Assembly (NCBI GenBank): GCA_030583785.1
Contig: CP129475.1
Location: 978,209-1,042,208, forward strand
Direction of reading: 5' to 3'
Source of the DNA: Candidatus Dojkabacteria bacterium
GTDB taxonomy: Bacteria > Patescibacteriota > Dojkabacteria > B142 > OLB20
Length of the DNA: 64,000 bases
Part shown: positions 31,901 to 38,915 of the stretch, one piece after another
How positions within the stretch are numbered: the first letter of the stretch is position 1
Layout of the letters: every line of letters begins with the position of its first letter
Program-made: the position numbers and the translations under genes
Notes under the pieces: model-generated
The model's input: the letters and a program-made list of their open reading frames with translations, nothing else
The model's database searches: none
What the model was told of the DNA's origin: nothing

Positions 31901-34900
31901 AGATGCAGATGGACAAAGCGGAGGCAACGGAGATTTATGGATAAACAATAACAACAGAAATACAGAAGCAGCAGGAGTACCATACGATGCAGTAAACCCG
32001 GTACAGCAGTTTAACAAGATATATCTAAAGGAATACGGACACTTGCAGATAATGGGACTGGATTCGACCTTGGTAATAACAGATGAAGAAGGACTCGAAG
32101 GAGACACAACAGTACCAAGATTAGAGCCACAGGGATTAATAAGTCTACCGGAGAGATTTGTGGTAGACAGAGTAAACCTAGACATTATAGGAGACATAGA
32201 AGGAGCAGGAGATCTAGAGATAGGAAATGGAGACGAACCAGCGGCAGTAACATTGTACGCATACACACAGAAGAGATACACAGCCAAGAGTCCAAACCAC
32301 GATGTGCATATACTAGAGAGTTTAATAGTCAGAGATAAATCTGTACTTAACTTGGTATCTTATGATGGCAACGGGACATACATGAATGCATCTTCATTGT
32401 CTGACTATGGAGTAACACTAACACTAGGTCGAGACTTTACAGTAGAGACAGGAGGAGTAGTAACAACAAACGGAAGAGGTTACGCAAGAGGAGTGGGACC
32501 AGGGACAGGATGCGGAGCAGGTCATGGAGGTTACGGAGTAAGTGTGTCAAGTCAGGGAGTACCGTATGGTTCAGTTAAAGAACCTGTAACGATGGGATCC
32601 GGAGGATGTTCCAGAGACTACTTTGGGAACTGGTCTTATGGAGGAGAAGGAGGAGGAGCAGTAAGACTGAATGTAGGAGGAGTACTTAGGGTAGATGGAA
32701 GCTTGACAGCAGACGGAGGACCGGGAACAAATAACCTAACACAGGGAGCAGTAGGAGCAGGAGGATCACTATGGTTAAGTGCAGACAGAATAGACGGTAG
32801 CGGACTCATAAGTGCTAACGGAGGAAGCAGAGCAGGAGCAGTAGGATCAGGAGGAGGAAGAATTGCCATATACGAGAATAGTAGAGGTAGTTTTCCAATA
32901 ACAAACAAGAGTAATATACAGGCATTTGGAGGAGGAGGCGGAAGCTTTGGAGGAGCAGGAACAATCTATGTATTCTCTAGGTCAATAAACCCAGAGGTAG
33001 GTAGTCTTTACTTATTCTCAAATAGAAGCAATATCGATTATTCTGAAGACTTTGTTGCTGGTGAATTCTTCCTACATGATTTAATACTCGATGATGGAGT
33101 AAAAGTAAAATTAAACAGTAATCTAGATGAAGGTTACGGAACAATTTACAACCTGACAGGTGATTTCTATCTAGGAGAAAATTCTCTTATTGATGGGTTT
33201 GCAAGAGGCTATCCTTCAGAGCAGGGACCAGGAGCGGGTCAAACTGGTCTAGGACAATCTGGAGGTGGGGGAGCAGGTCATGGCGGTAGTGGTGGTAATG
33301 GTGAATCTGATGGAGGCAACCCATCTCCCGTTGGAGGACAATTCTATGGAAATCAACGAGAACCTTTAACAGTTGGATCTGGTGGTGGTAGATCAGGTGC
33401 TGGTGCCGCCGGAGGCAGAGGTGGCGGAGCGATTGCCTTAAGAGTTAGAACTGGACATGTAGAAATTAACGGCAATATTGATGTGCGAGGTGAGGCTGGA
33501 CTTATTGCATCTCCAGGTGGAGGCGGAGGCGCTGGGGGGTCAGTTCTAATTGAAGGTCAAACATGTGATATCTCAGGCAATATTTTGGCAAATGGCGGTA
33601 ACGGAGGAGAAGAAGCATTTGATGGAGGTGGTGCAGGAGGCGGAAGGGTGTCAATTCTAACAACCCAGGGACCTTGTGACATTAATGGCTTGGTCGATGT
33701 TAATCAAGGCTCGAGTAGCGGAGGTCAATCTGGACAGGTAGGAACTTATCCAACGCTTGGTACTATCCCTGCAGTTCCAGACTTTCGTGATCAGTTTAAA
33801 ACAGACTCAGTAACTACCATTCCAGTTGGAGGAATAACACAAGAACAGGAAGTAGTTCTAAAAGTTAATATGTCCGACCCCGGAGGGTCTGAATCTAATA
33901 GTATCTCACTTCAAGCTCAATTCGAAGTTGTTAGAGTCGACGAAGAATTTACTGGGGTTGCATTGATATCAAGTGAAAACTTCTTCTTAGCATCAGATAG
34001 TCAAGATGAAGAGTCATCGGTGCTTGGAATATCGACAAGCACAACGGGTAATTATTCAGGTGGTGCGCCCCTACTCGCGGAAGCTAGCATCAGTGATCTC
34101 ATACCTGGAGCCAGTTATAAATGGCGTGCCAGAGTTATTAACCCATCTGAAGGAATATCTGGAACATGGGTAGAGTATGGAGGGAATGGTTCAGATCAAG
34201 CCGACTTTATTGTCAGTACGGTAGAGTCGTTAACCATCGAATCTGATAAATACAATGTTGAAGTTGGAGAGCCAATTACTCTAACTGTAAGTTCTTTGGA
34301 TGAAGATAATCAACTGGATCCATCATATCGAGGAACTGTTCAGTTCATATCTAACTCTGAGACTGCAGTTTTACCGGTTAATTATTCTTACACTTCAATT
34401 GATCAAGGTGTGAAAGAATTTACAGAAGAAACGATTTTTGTTGAACCAGGTGTATATACCATTACAGTCAGAGATACAATCAATGCTCTCTTGCAAGCAA
34501 CAACAGCAGATATAACTGTAACAGGTGATCCCGAGTCTGAAAATAATATTGATCCAGATATTTGTTTGATAGAGCCAAATCGCATCGAATGTCAACAGCC
34601 TGTTAGGATATCGAATGTTAGAATAAGTCTTATAGAAAGAGGATCAGTTAGAATATGTTGGGATACAAATATTGCAACCAGAGGCACGATTAATTATGGT
34701 CTTCTTGAGAACGCTCAATTGACAGATTCTGTTGGCCCCGAATCAACTTATAAAGTAAGAGATCATTGTTTAGATCTAATAGAACTCGATGATCCAGAAG
34801 AATACATATTCAGAATTACAGCGGTATCTTATGCTGGAAGAAGCGCTACATATACAGGAGGTTTCAATACTTTAGGAGAAGTAATCACAGATATTCCCGA

Positions 34901-36122
34901 GGTAAATGCCTGTATATTAACTGATTCAAACTTCTACGCATTAAATGCACAAAATCAGATTGTCTTTAGTTATCGAACTTTGTCGCCAACTAATTGTAGC
35001 TTCACTTATTCACAGACAGGCAGATTCTCAAGAACGAATCAATCACAGGAACAGTTATTGTCGCATCAAACAACAGTTGAACTTAGCGAATTAGCTGCAG
35101 ATATTGATCTTGATTACTTGATAAATTGCAGCGTAGAAAGTATGGATGAATTAATATCTTGTCAGACTGCAGGATCAATTCCTAGCAATGTTTTCTCGGA
35201 TAGATTAAGGTCAGACGGTGAGATTGAACAATCTACACTCCTAAGAACAATAACCGAGTCTGTAGTACCGCTTGTTCTCGTTTCATCTGCATTCGCTCTT
35301 CTTGCCGCCAATACTATTGCTTATCCACAGGTCGGTTTGTACGCACTTGCTTGGATTAAAGATAGAAAACGCTACTTACCTTGGGGTATTGTCTACGACT
35401 CAAGAAATAAAAAACCAATTCCGTTTGCTGTCGTTCGGCTTTATCAGGAAGGAATGCTAGTAGTTGAAAGACTAACTGATATGTCAGGAAGATATGGAAT
35501 GGTGGCTGATCCAGGTAGTTATAATCTGGTTGTCGAGCATACCGACTATGCTCGTATTGCCAGGAAACTGGAAATTACAAAAGAAGATTCAACAGTTAGT
35601 GAAGATTTCGCTCTAAGTATCGGCGAAAATAGCTCTGCCGCAACAAGAACTAAACTAAGAGAGGTCTTAAGAACCATTAATAACCTTGTGGTTTATATCG
35701 GATTTGCGTTTGCGATTGTGATCACAGTCATCTCTCCAGTACTGATTAATTTCTTGGTGTTGGCATTTTATATTGTTCAGTTTGTTATTGTTGCGATTCT
35801 GGAAAATCTATCTAAGCGAAGATGGGGATACATATTTGATTATCAAAGCAAAAGTAGGATTCCTAGAGCCTTTGTGCGCTTGTTTAGCGTTGCTGAAGAA
35901 AGACAAATTGATGTTCAAATCGCGGATGATCAAGGAAGGTATGGATTCTCTGCGGAACCGGGGGAATACAGAATCAAGGTTGATGCAGACAACTATCAGA
36001 TGGCAGGAATCAAAGACGGTTTTCTTAGGGTTAGTATCGATAAGGCCGAGAAACTAAACAAGAATATTGCTATGGAAAGATCTTTGCAGAAAGGTGCAAG
36101 CAAAGGTTTCCTTTCTACCTAG
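25914..36122 (+). CDS. giant (3402 aa) glycine-rich surface protein
   Basis: Signal/TM anchor, then about seven glycine-rich GGAI-type beta-helix-like modules, plus Ig-like (Big) domains. The C-terminus has multi-pass TM segments interleaved with two carboxypeptidase-regulatory-like domains. Confidence 0.85.
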   Translation: MRKKRMYIPLNPLLDALPEITRKIREIENKIYILLIAVVLLGGVFAGVNGLNMFGGIYAQQFCPLPAAPAKVLSLVTITPDSEDGVVDCSSLDIIIGAGGTVVVDRYVTENGTSEGDWGVTLLVKSLTVENGGLISADGKGYTNTDDEVVSGKGGNATTTAGGSGGAHGGAGGEGLAPVGGSAPVPGVAYGTEENPSTLGSAGGNSFDGGLGGNGGGSIRIRASEYLVINGQITANGAQGLAQGNSSGGGGAGGSIWIEAESFSGNGIVEAKGGSAQEVTYQGGGGGGGRIIMFCNSSNLFTGSVSVSPGITSLSQDGGIGSRLGPTCIPNEPTLLKQFSKYDPPGATPLQTVEIGQGGVMRTDRLDSVLFVANMSDIDVTDTLTLQIEVRPIGTSFTGVPTHTQSVNMSNPQNCSSPPSGCGTIDIPKAQLPASTEYHWQARIRDNRGGISEWTQFGNNNDGERDFLITGTPTNILLVSGGNQSGVVGQPLANPMLVRVLDAAGYGVPDQSLTWSIQNGGGTLGSQTSISNTEGVAQNTLTLGVVSGNNSNTVRVSGVGSALDINHSSISDEAVRFSLSTPTVAIRSEEFTFSVIAYDQYNNIATTYDGSPNLSVVNPLNYSQTVGGNFVPSSITFQLGDQGQKVISNATFDTLASIAIKVVDGDIFGYSNAIAIVDTLGQCPDADGIIDSGGDIVWEAGNYPGAIIDCRGLDIVVKSSNTSQVTNLVIRPSLTESVPATLLADSITIESGNSLNSDRRGFTAGQGPGTGCGAAHGGYGVSVSNRGVPYGSVKEPVTMGSGGCTRSYFGNLSVGGEGGGAIKIVLTGNLVVNGRLTADGGPGTSNITQGAVGAGGSLWLSADRIDGSGLISANGGNRAGAGGSGGGRIAIYENSRGSFPITNKSNIQAFGGGGGSFGGAGTIYIDADGQSGGNGDLWINNNNRNTEAAGVPYDAVNPVQQFNKIYLKEYGHLQIMGLDSTLVIPSQESVEGDNSAPILEVIGTIQLPSNYIVDRYTLSIAGDYTGASELIIGNGSNPANLRLYAYNQKRYSNKSPNHDVYEFSSLTVRSGASLFLFSYDGNGSANNGRGLQDYGVRIIVDEDFEIEAGGLATSNGRGYATALGPGTGCGAGHGGYGVNVANRGVPYGSVKEPVTMGSGGCTRSYYGNLSVGGEGGGAVRLNVGGVLRVDGSLTADGGPGTNNLTQGAVGAGGSLWLSADRIDGSGLISANGGSRAGAVGSGGGRIAIYENSRGSFPITNKSNIQAFGGGGGSYGGAGTIYIDADGQSGGNGDLWINNNNRNTEAAGVPYDAVNPVQQFNKIYLKEYGHLQIMGLDSTLVITDEEGLEGDTTVPRLEPQGLISLPERFVVDRVNLDIIGDIEGAGDLEIGNGDEPAAVTLYAYTQKRYTAKSPNHDVHILESLIVRDKSVLNLVSYDGNGTYMNASSLSDYGVTLTLGRDFTVETGGIVTTNGRGYARGAGPGTGCGAAHGGYGVNVSSQGVPYGSVKEPVTMGSGGCSRDYFGNWSFGGEGGGAVRLNVGGVLRVDGSLTADGGPGTNNLTQGAVGAGGSLWLSADRIDGSGLISANGGSRAGAVGSSGGRIAIYENSRGSFPITNKSNIQAFGGGGGSFGGAGTIYIDADGQSGGNGDLWINNNNRNTEAAGVPYDAVNPVQQFNKIYLKEYGHLQIMGLDSTLVITDEEGLEGDTTVPRLEPQGLISLPERFVVDRVNLDIIGDIEGAGDLEIGNGDEPAAVTLYAYTQKRYTAKSPNHDVHILESLIVRDKSVLNLVSYDGNGTYMNASSLSDYGVTLTLGRDFTVETGGVVTTNGRGYARGVGPGTGCGAAHGGYGVSVSSQGVPYGSVKEPVTMGSGGCSRDYFGNWSYGGEGGGAVRLNVGGVLRVDGSLTADGGPGTNNLTQGAVGAGGSLWLSADRIDGSGLISANGGSRAGAVGSGGGRIAIYENSRGSFPITNKSNIQAFGGGGGSFGGAGTIYIDADGQSGGNGDLWINNNNRNTEAAGVPYDAVNPVQQFNKIYLKEYGHLQIMGLDSTLVITDEEGLEGDTTVPRLEPQGLISLPERFVVDRVNLDIIGDIEGAGDLEIGNGDEPAAVTLYAYTQKRYTAKSPNHDVHILESLIVRDKSVLNLVSYDGNGTYMNASSLSDYGVTLTLGRDFTVETGGVVTTNGRGYARGVGPGTGCGAGHGGYGVSVSSQGVPYGSVKEPVTMGSGGCSRDYFGNWSYGGEGGGAVRLNVGGVLRVDGSLTADGGPGTNNLTQGAVGAGGSLWLSADRIDGSGLISANGGSRAGAVGSGGGRIAIYENSRGSFPITNKSNIQAFGGGGGSFGGAGTIYVFSRSINPEVGSLYLFSNRSNIDYSEDFVAGEFFLHDLILDDGVKVKLNSNLDEGYGTIYNLTGDFYLGENSLIDGFARGYPSEQGPGAGQTGLGQSGGGGAGHGGSGGNGESDGGNPSPVGGQFYGNQREPLTVGSGGGRSGAGAAGGRGGGAIALRVRTGHVEINGNIDVRGEAGLIASPGGGGGAGGSVLIEGQTCDISGNILANGGNGGEEAFDGGGAGGGRVSILTTQGPCDINGLVDVNQGSSSGGQSGQVGTYPTLGTIPAVPDFRDQFKTDSVTTIPVGGITQEQEVVLKVNMSDPGGSESNSISLQAQFEVVRVDEEFTGVALISSENFFLASDSQDEESSVLGISTSTTGNYSGGAPLLAEASISDLIPGASYKWRARVINPSEGISGTWVEYGGNGSDQADFIVSTVESLTIESDKYNVEVGEPITLTVSSLDEDNQLDPSYRGTVQFISNSETAVLPVNYSYTSIDQGVKEFTEETIFVEPGVYTITVRDTINALLQATTADITVTGDPESENNIDPDICLIEPNRIECQQPVRISNVRISLIERGSVRICWDTNIATRGTINYGLLENAQLTDSVGPESTYKVRDHCLDLIELDDPEEYIFRITAVSYAGRSATYTGGFNTLGEVITDIPEVNACILTDSNFYALNAQNQIVFSYRTLSPTNCSFTYSQTGRFSRTNQSQEQLLSHQTTVELSELAADIDLDYLINCSVESMDELISCQTAGSIPSNVFSDRLRSDGEIEQSTLLRTITESVVPLVLVSSAFALLAANTIAYPQVGLYALAWIKDRKRYLPWGIVYDSRNKKPIPFAVVRLYQEGMLVVERLTDMSGRYGMVADPGSYNLVVEHTDYARIARKLEITKEDSTVSEDFALSIGENSSAATRTKLREVLRTINNLVVYIGFAFAIVITVISPVLINFLVLAFYIVQFVIVAILENLSKRRWGYIFDYQSKSRIPRAFVRLFSVAEERQIDVQIADDQGRYGFSAEPGEYRIKVDADNYQMAGIKDGFLRVSIDKAEKLNKNIAMERSLQKGASKGFLST
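28140..32965 (+). repeat. about 4.5 tandem copies of a 1071-nt (357-aa) in-frame coding repeat inside the giant gene
   Basis: The GGATCC landmark recurs at 28311, 29382, 30453, 31524 and 32595, exactly 1071 nt apart. Copies 3 to 5 are virtually identical at the nucleotide level. Antisense ORFs recur with the same period. Confidence 0.9.
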
Positions 36123-36763
36123 CTGTAAAATAAGGCAACTTGATTAGTGAAGGCTGAGTGTTTCTTTAGAATTGGCTTCCATGCAGCTTGATTACTGGCA
36201 ACCAAATCAAGGCTAAATTCGGCTTGTGGTCTTCTGTAGAACTCGACAATTCTCAGCTCTTTATCGTTCTCGGAATCCGTGAAATCAGGGTGACCTTTAT
36301 AACCGTAGTCAGGGAAGTCAGGATTATCGATTTTTACAAAATGACCAAAACCAGCAATAACAGCCATTCTTGCCGTCCAGGAATGAGGCATATTTCTAGC
36401 TAAAACCCTTTTGTTATCCGAGTATAAATTATAGCTACTTGTGCCTTCTAACCATCTTCCCTGTATTACGCTTAATTGATAATTTGGTAAGAAATGTAAC
36501 ATCGAAGATCTAAATAACTCACCGGCTTTTAAGTCACATACAGATATGTTTGGATTGTCGGGATTTCTTGTGGATACATCTATACGGAGTCTTGATTTAC
36601 CTTCAACCCAGAAATGCGCATGATAAGGTATACCAAGGACTTCTTGTTGAAAACAGACATCATCGCTTGTGATCGTGTATTTTATAGAACCACGCTCAGA
36701 TCCGTACTCGCCAGAATATCTGTTATTCCCAATGATTGTATAGAAAGGATCGGAATTAATCAC
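36119..36763 (-). CDS. hypothetical protein
   Basis: 214-aa soluble ORF, convergent with the giant gene. The two stop codons overlap within CTAG. Confidence 0.5.
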   Translation of the reverse strand: MINSDPFYTIIGNNRYSGEYGSERGSIKYTITSDDVCFQQEVLGIPYHAHFWVEGKSRLRIDVSTRNPDNPNISVCDLKAGELFRSSMLHFLPNYQLSVIQGRWLEGTSSYNLYSDNKRVLARNMPHSWTARMAVIAGFGHFVKIDNPDFPDYGYKGHPDFTDSENDKELRIVEFYRRPQAEFSLDLVASNQAAWKPILKKHSAFTNQVALFYS

Positions 36764-36816
36764 GATTAAGCCTGTATGTAGTGATTATATAACAAAAGGA
36801 TGCTTCGACAAAGCTT

Positions 36817-36835
36817 TACACCCCCTAGGGGTATA
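36817..36835. promoter_or_regulatory. GC-rich inverted repeat, candidate CsoR-family operator
   Basis: TACACCCCCTAGGGGTATA sits 16 nt upstream of the CsoR-like ORF and resembles the ATACCC..GGGTAT operators described for CsoR-family repressors. Confidence 0.45.
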
Positions 36836-36850
36836 TGATATTATTTATTT

Positions 36851-37087
36851 ATGAAAAGCACAGAGAAACGGATAAACATCATTGCCGGACAACTTGAAGG
36901 CATTAAAAAGATGATCGATGAAGGAAAAGATCCTTTATCTGTGTTAACTCAATTTAAAGCAGCAAGGTCAGCTTTAGATTCATGTATGAGTTCGTATATT
37001 AACGAGCATTTTTGGCAGATTCTTGAATCTTGCGATGATAAAGAAGCAACATGCAAACGCTTTCTTGAGGAATTAATTATTTCTTAA
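36851..37087 (+). CDS. CsoR/RcnR/FrmR-family (DUF156) metal- or thiol-sensing transcriptional repressor
   Basis: 78 aa with the family pattern R.N.I.GQL.GI..M and conserved Cys residues (DSCMS and ESCDD..TC). Confidence 0.7.
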   Translation: MKSTEKRINIIAGQLEGIKKMIDEGKDPLSVLTQFKAARSALDSCMSSYINEHFWQILESCDDKEATCKRFLEELIIS

Positions 37088-37104
37088 TTATTATTATTAA
37101 GTCT

Positions 37105-37446
37105 ATGGCATCCACAGTAGTTGTTGATGAAAAGAATTTTAGTTCTGCTGTTCTTAAGGCAGACAAACCGGTGTTGGTTGATTTTTGGGCTAGCTGGTGC
37201 CAGCCGTGTTTAATGATGGAACCAGTTCTTGAAGAGCTAGCAGACGAAATGAAAGAAGATCTTATAATTGCAAAGCTGAATACTGAATCACCTGAAAGAG
37301 GTATGCTAGCATCACTTTATAATGTAATGAGTATTCCTAACATGAAACTCTTTAAAGATGGTAAAGTTATTTCAGAATTTGTTGGTTTTCGTCCCAAACC
37401 TGTTCTAAAAAAAGAATTAGAAGAGGCCCTGAAATCAACGAAATAA
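37105..37446 (+). CDS. trxA: thioredoxin (variant active site WCQPC)
   Basis: Thioredoxin fold in which FWASWCQPC replaces the canonical WCGPC. Confidence 0.85.
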   Translation: MASTVVVDEKNFSSAVLKADKPVLVDFWASWCQPCLMMEPVLEELADEMKEDLIIAKLNTESPERGMLASLYNVMSIPNMKLFKDGKVISEFVGFRPKPVLKKELEEALKSTK

Positions 37447-37467
37447 TTTAGCTCAATTATTATTATT

Positions 37468-38403
37468 TTGCTGATGGCAGACATTCATAATGTTGTTATT
37501 ATTGGTTCCGGACCAGCAGGCCTAACGGCTGCTATTTATCTTGCTCGTGCCAATCTAAAGCCTGTTGTAATCGCTGGTCTTGAATTTGGTGGACAACTTA
37601 TGAATACAACCGAGGTTGAGAATTTTCCGGGTTTTCCTGAAGGTATTATGGGTCCAGAATTAATGCAAAAGATGCTCAAGCAAGCCGAACGCTTCGGCGC
37701 AGAAATCAAATTCATAAATGCCGATAAGGTGGATTTTTCATCTGACGAAAAGAAGGTATATTCCGGAGAACAAGTATTTAATGCCAGATCAATTGTGTTG
37801 GCAACAGGTGCTTCACCAAAAAAATTAAATTTAGAAAGTGAATCTAAGTACTGGGGTAAAGGCGTTTCAAGCTGTGCAACCTGTGATGGAGCTTTCTATA
37901 AAGGTAAAGTTGTAGCAGTAATAGGTGGTGGTGATAGCGCTATGGAAGAAGCACTTTTCTTAACCAGATTTGCCTCAAAGGTTTATGTCATTCATCGCCG
38001 TAACGAATTTAGAGCCTCGCAAATCATGCAAGATAGAGTCCTTAAGCACGAAAAAATTGAACCTATTTGGGATTCAGAGGTAGTCGAGGTTCTTGGAAAT
38101 GAAAACATTGTAACAGGTCTTCGCCTAAAGAATATCCAGACATCTAAGGAGTCAGAATTGTCCGTAGATGGAATGTTTCTTGGTATAGGTCATATTCCTA
38201 CAACATCATTTTTGCAGGGTTCTGTGGATTTAGATGAACAAGGCTACATAAAAGTCTCCGATAATACCCATACCAACATAGAAGGAGTATTTGTGGCTGG
38301 AGATGTCCACGACCATAAATACAGACAAGCGATTACTGCGGCAGGTATGGGTTGTATGGCAGCATTAGATGTTGAGAAATGGCTAGAATCTAAAGGCTAT
38401 TAA
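37468..38403 (+). CDS. trxB: thioredoxin-disulfide reductase
   Basis: FAD-binding GSGPAG, the redox-active CATC, and the NADPH-binding GGGDSA. Confidence 0.92.
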   Translation: MLMADIHNVVIIGSGPAGLTAAIYLARANLKPVVIAGLEFGGQLMNTTEVENFPGFPEGIMGPELMQKMLKQAERFGAEIKFINADKVDFSSDEKKVYSGEQVFNARSIVLATGASPKKLNLESESKYWGKGVSSCATCDGAFYKGKVVAVIGGGDSAMEEALFLTRFASKVYVIHRRNEFRASQIMQDRVLKHEKIEPIWDSEVVEVLGNENIVTGLRLKNIQTSKESELSVDGMFLGIGHIPTTSFLQGSVDLDEQGYIKVSDNTHTNIEGVFVAGDVHDHKYRQAITAAGMGCMAALDVEKWLESKGY

Positions 38404-38896
38404 TTAGTCCGTTCATTGCTTCGGCAATGATGCTAGTATCTCTTCGTATAACGAAATCAATTTCTTGGTAATTTGATTTACTATTATTGATAAGTTCTAG
38501 TGCTTTTGCGGGGCTTACCCATAATAGTTCAAAACCATCAGTTTGTTCAGCTTTTGTGAAGTTTGTTTTCTTGATTTCACCCGATACAACACCGGTAAAA
38601 CAGTATGAGGTTTGTATTAGTTTGACTCTACTTCTAACCTCATGAACATAGCCAAGTATAAAAACTTCATCGATTTTGCAGCCTGTTTCTTCGAGTATTT
38701 CTCTTGAGATCGCTTCGATCAATGACTCTTCAGATTCAAGGCCTCCTCCGGGAAGTTTATAATAGCCTTGGTTTTTTACATGCATTAGTGCCATGTCTCC
38801 GTTCTTATTTAAGATGATACCTCGTACCGATACTCGAAATACTGCATCTAATAATTGATCATCTGCAGAATCGGAAATGCTTGTAATTAATTTCAT
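38390..38896 (-). CDS. NUDIX hydrolase
   Basis: Nudix box GGGLESEESLIEAISREILEETG. Confidence 0.75.
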   Translation of the reverse strand: MKLITSISDSADDQLLDAVFRVSVRGIILNKNGDMALMHVKNQGYYKLPGGGLESEESLIEAISREILEETGCKIDEVFILGYVHEVRSRVKLIQTSYCFTGVVSGEIKKTNFTKAEQTDGFELLWVSPAKALELINNSKSNYQEIDFVIRRDTSIIAEAMNGLINSL

Positions 38897-38915
38897 AAGG
38901 TTACTTTTAACATTT

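Noticed and set aside
28334-32908. Series of minus-strand ORFs (79-156 aa, Pro/Leu-rich) recurring every 1071 nt, for example 28334..28804, 29408..29704, 30476..30775, 31565..31837 and 32636..32908
   Set aside because: They are antisense to the glycine-rich repeats of the giant gene; GGA/GGN codons read as Pro-rich peptides on the reverse strand. Their periodicity simply mirrors the coding repeat, so they are not genes.
28140-32965. Possibility that the regular 1071-nt repeats are a CRISPR-like array or a mobile-element array
   Set aside because: The repeats are far too long and lie in frame inside a single uninterrupted ORF with a conserved protein sequence. There are no short spacers, transposase genes or terminal inverted repeats.
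36119-36122. Overlapping stop codons of the convergent giant gene and the 214-aa minus-strand gene within CTAG
   Set aside because: Probably a coincidence of a palindromic tetranucleotide. It implies no regulatory role beyond tight packing.
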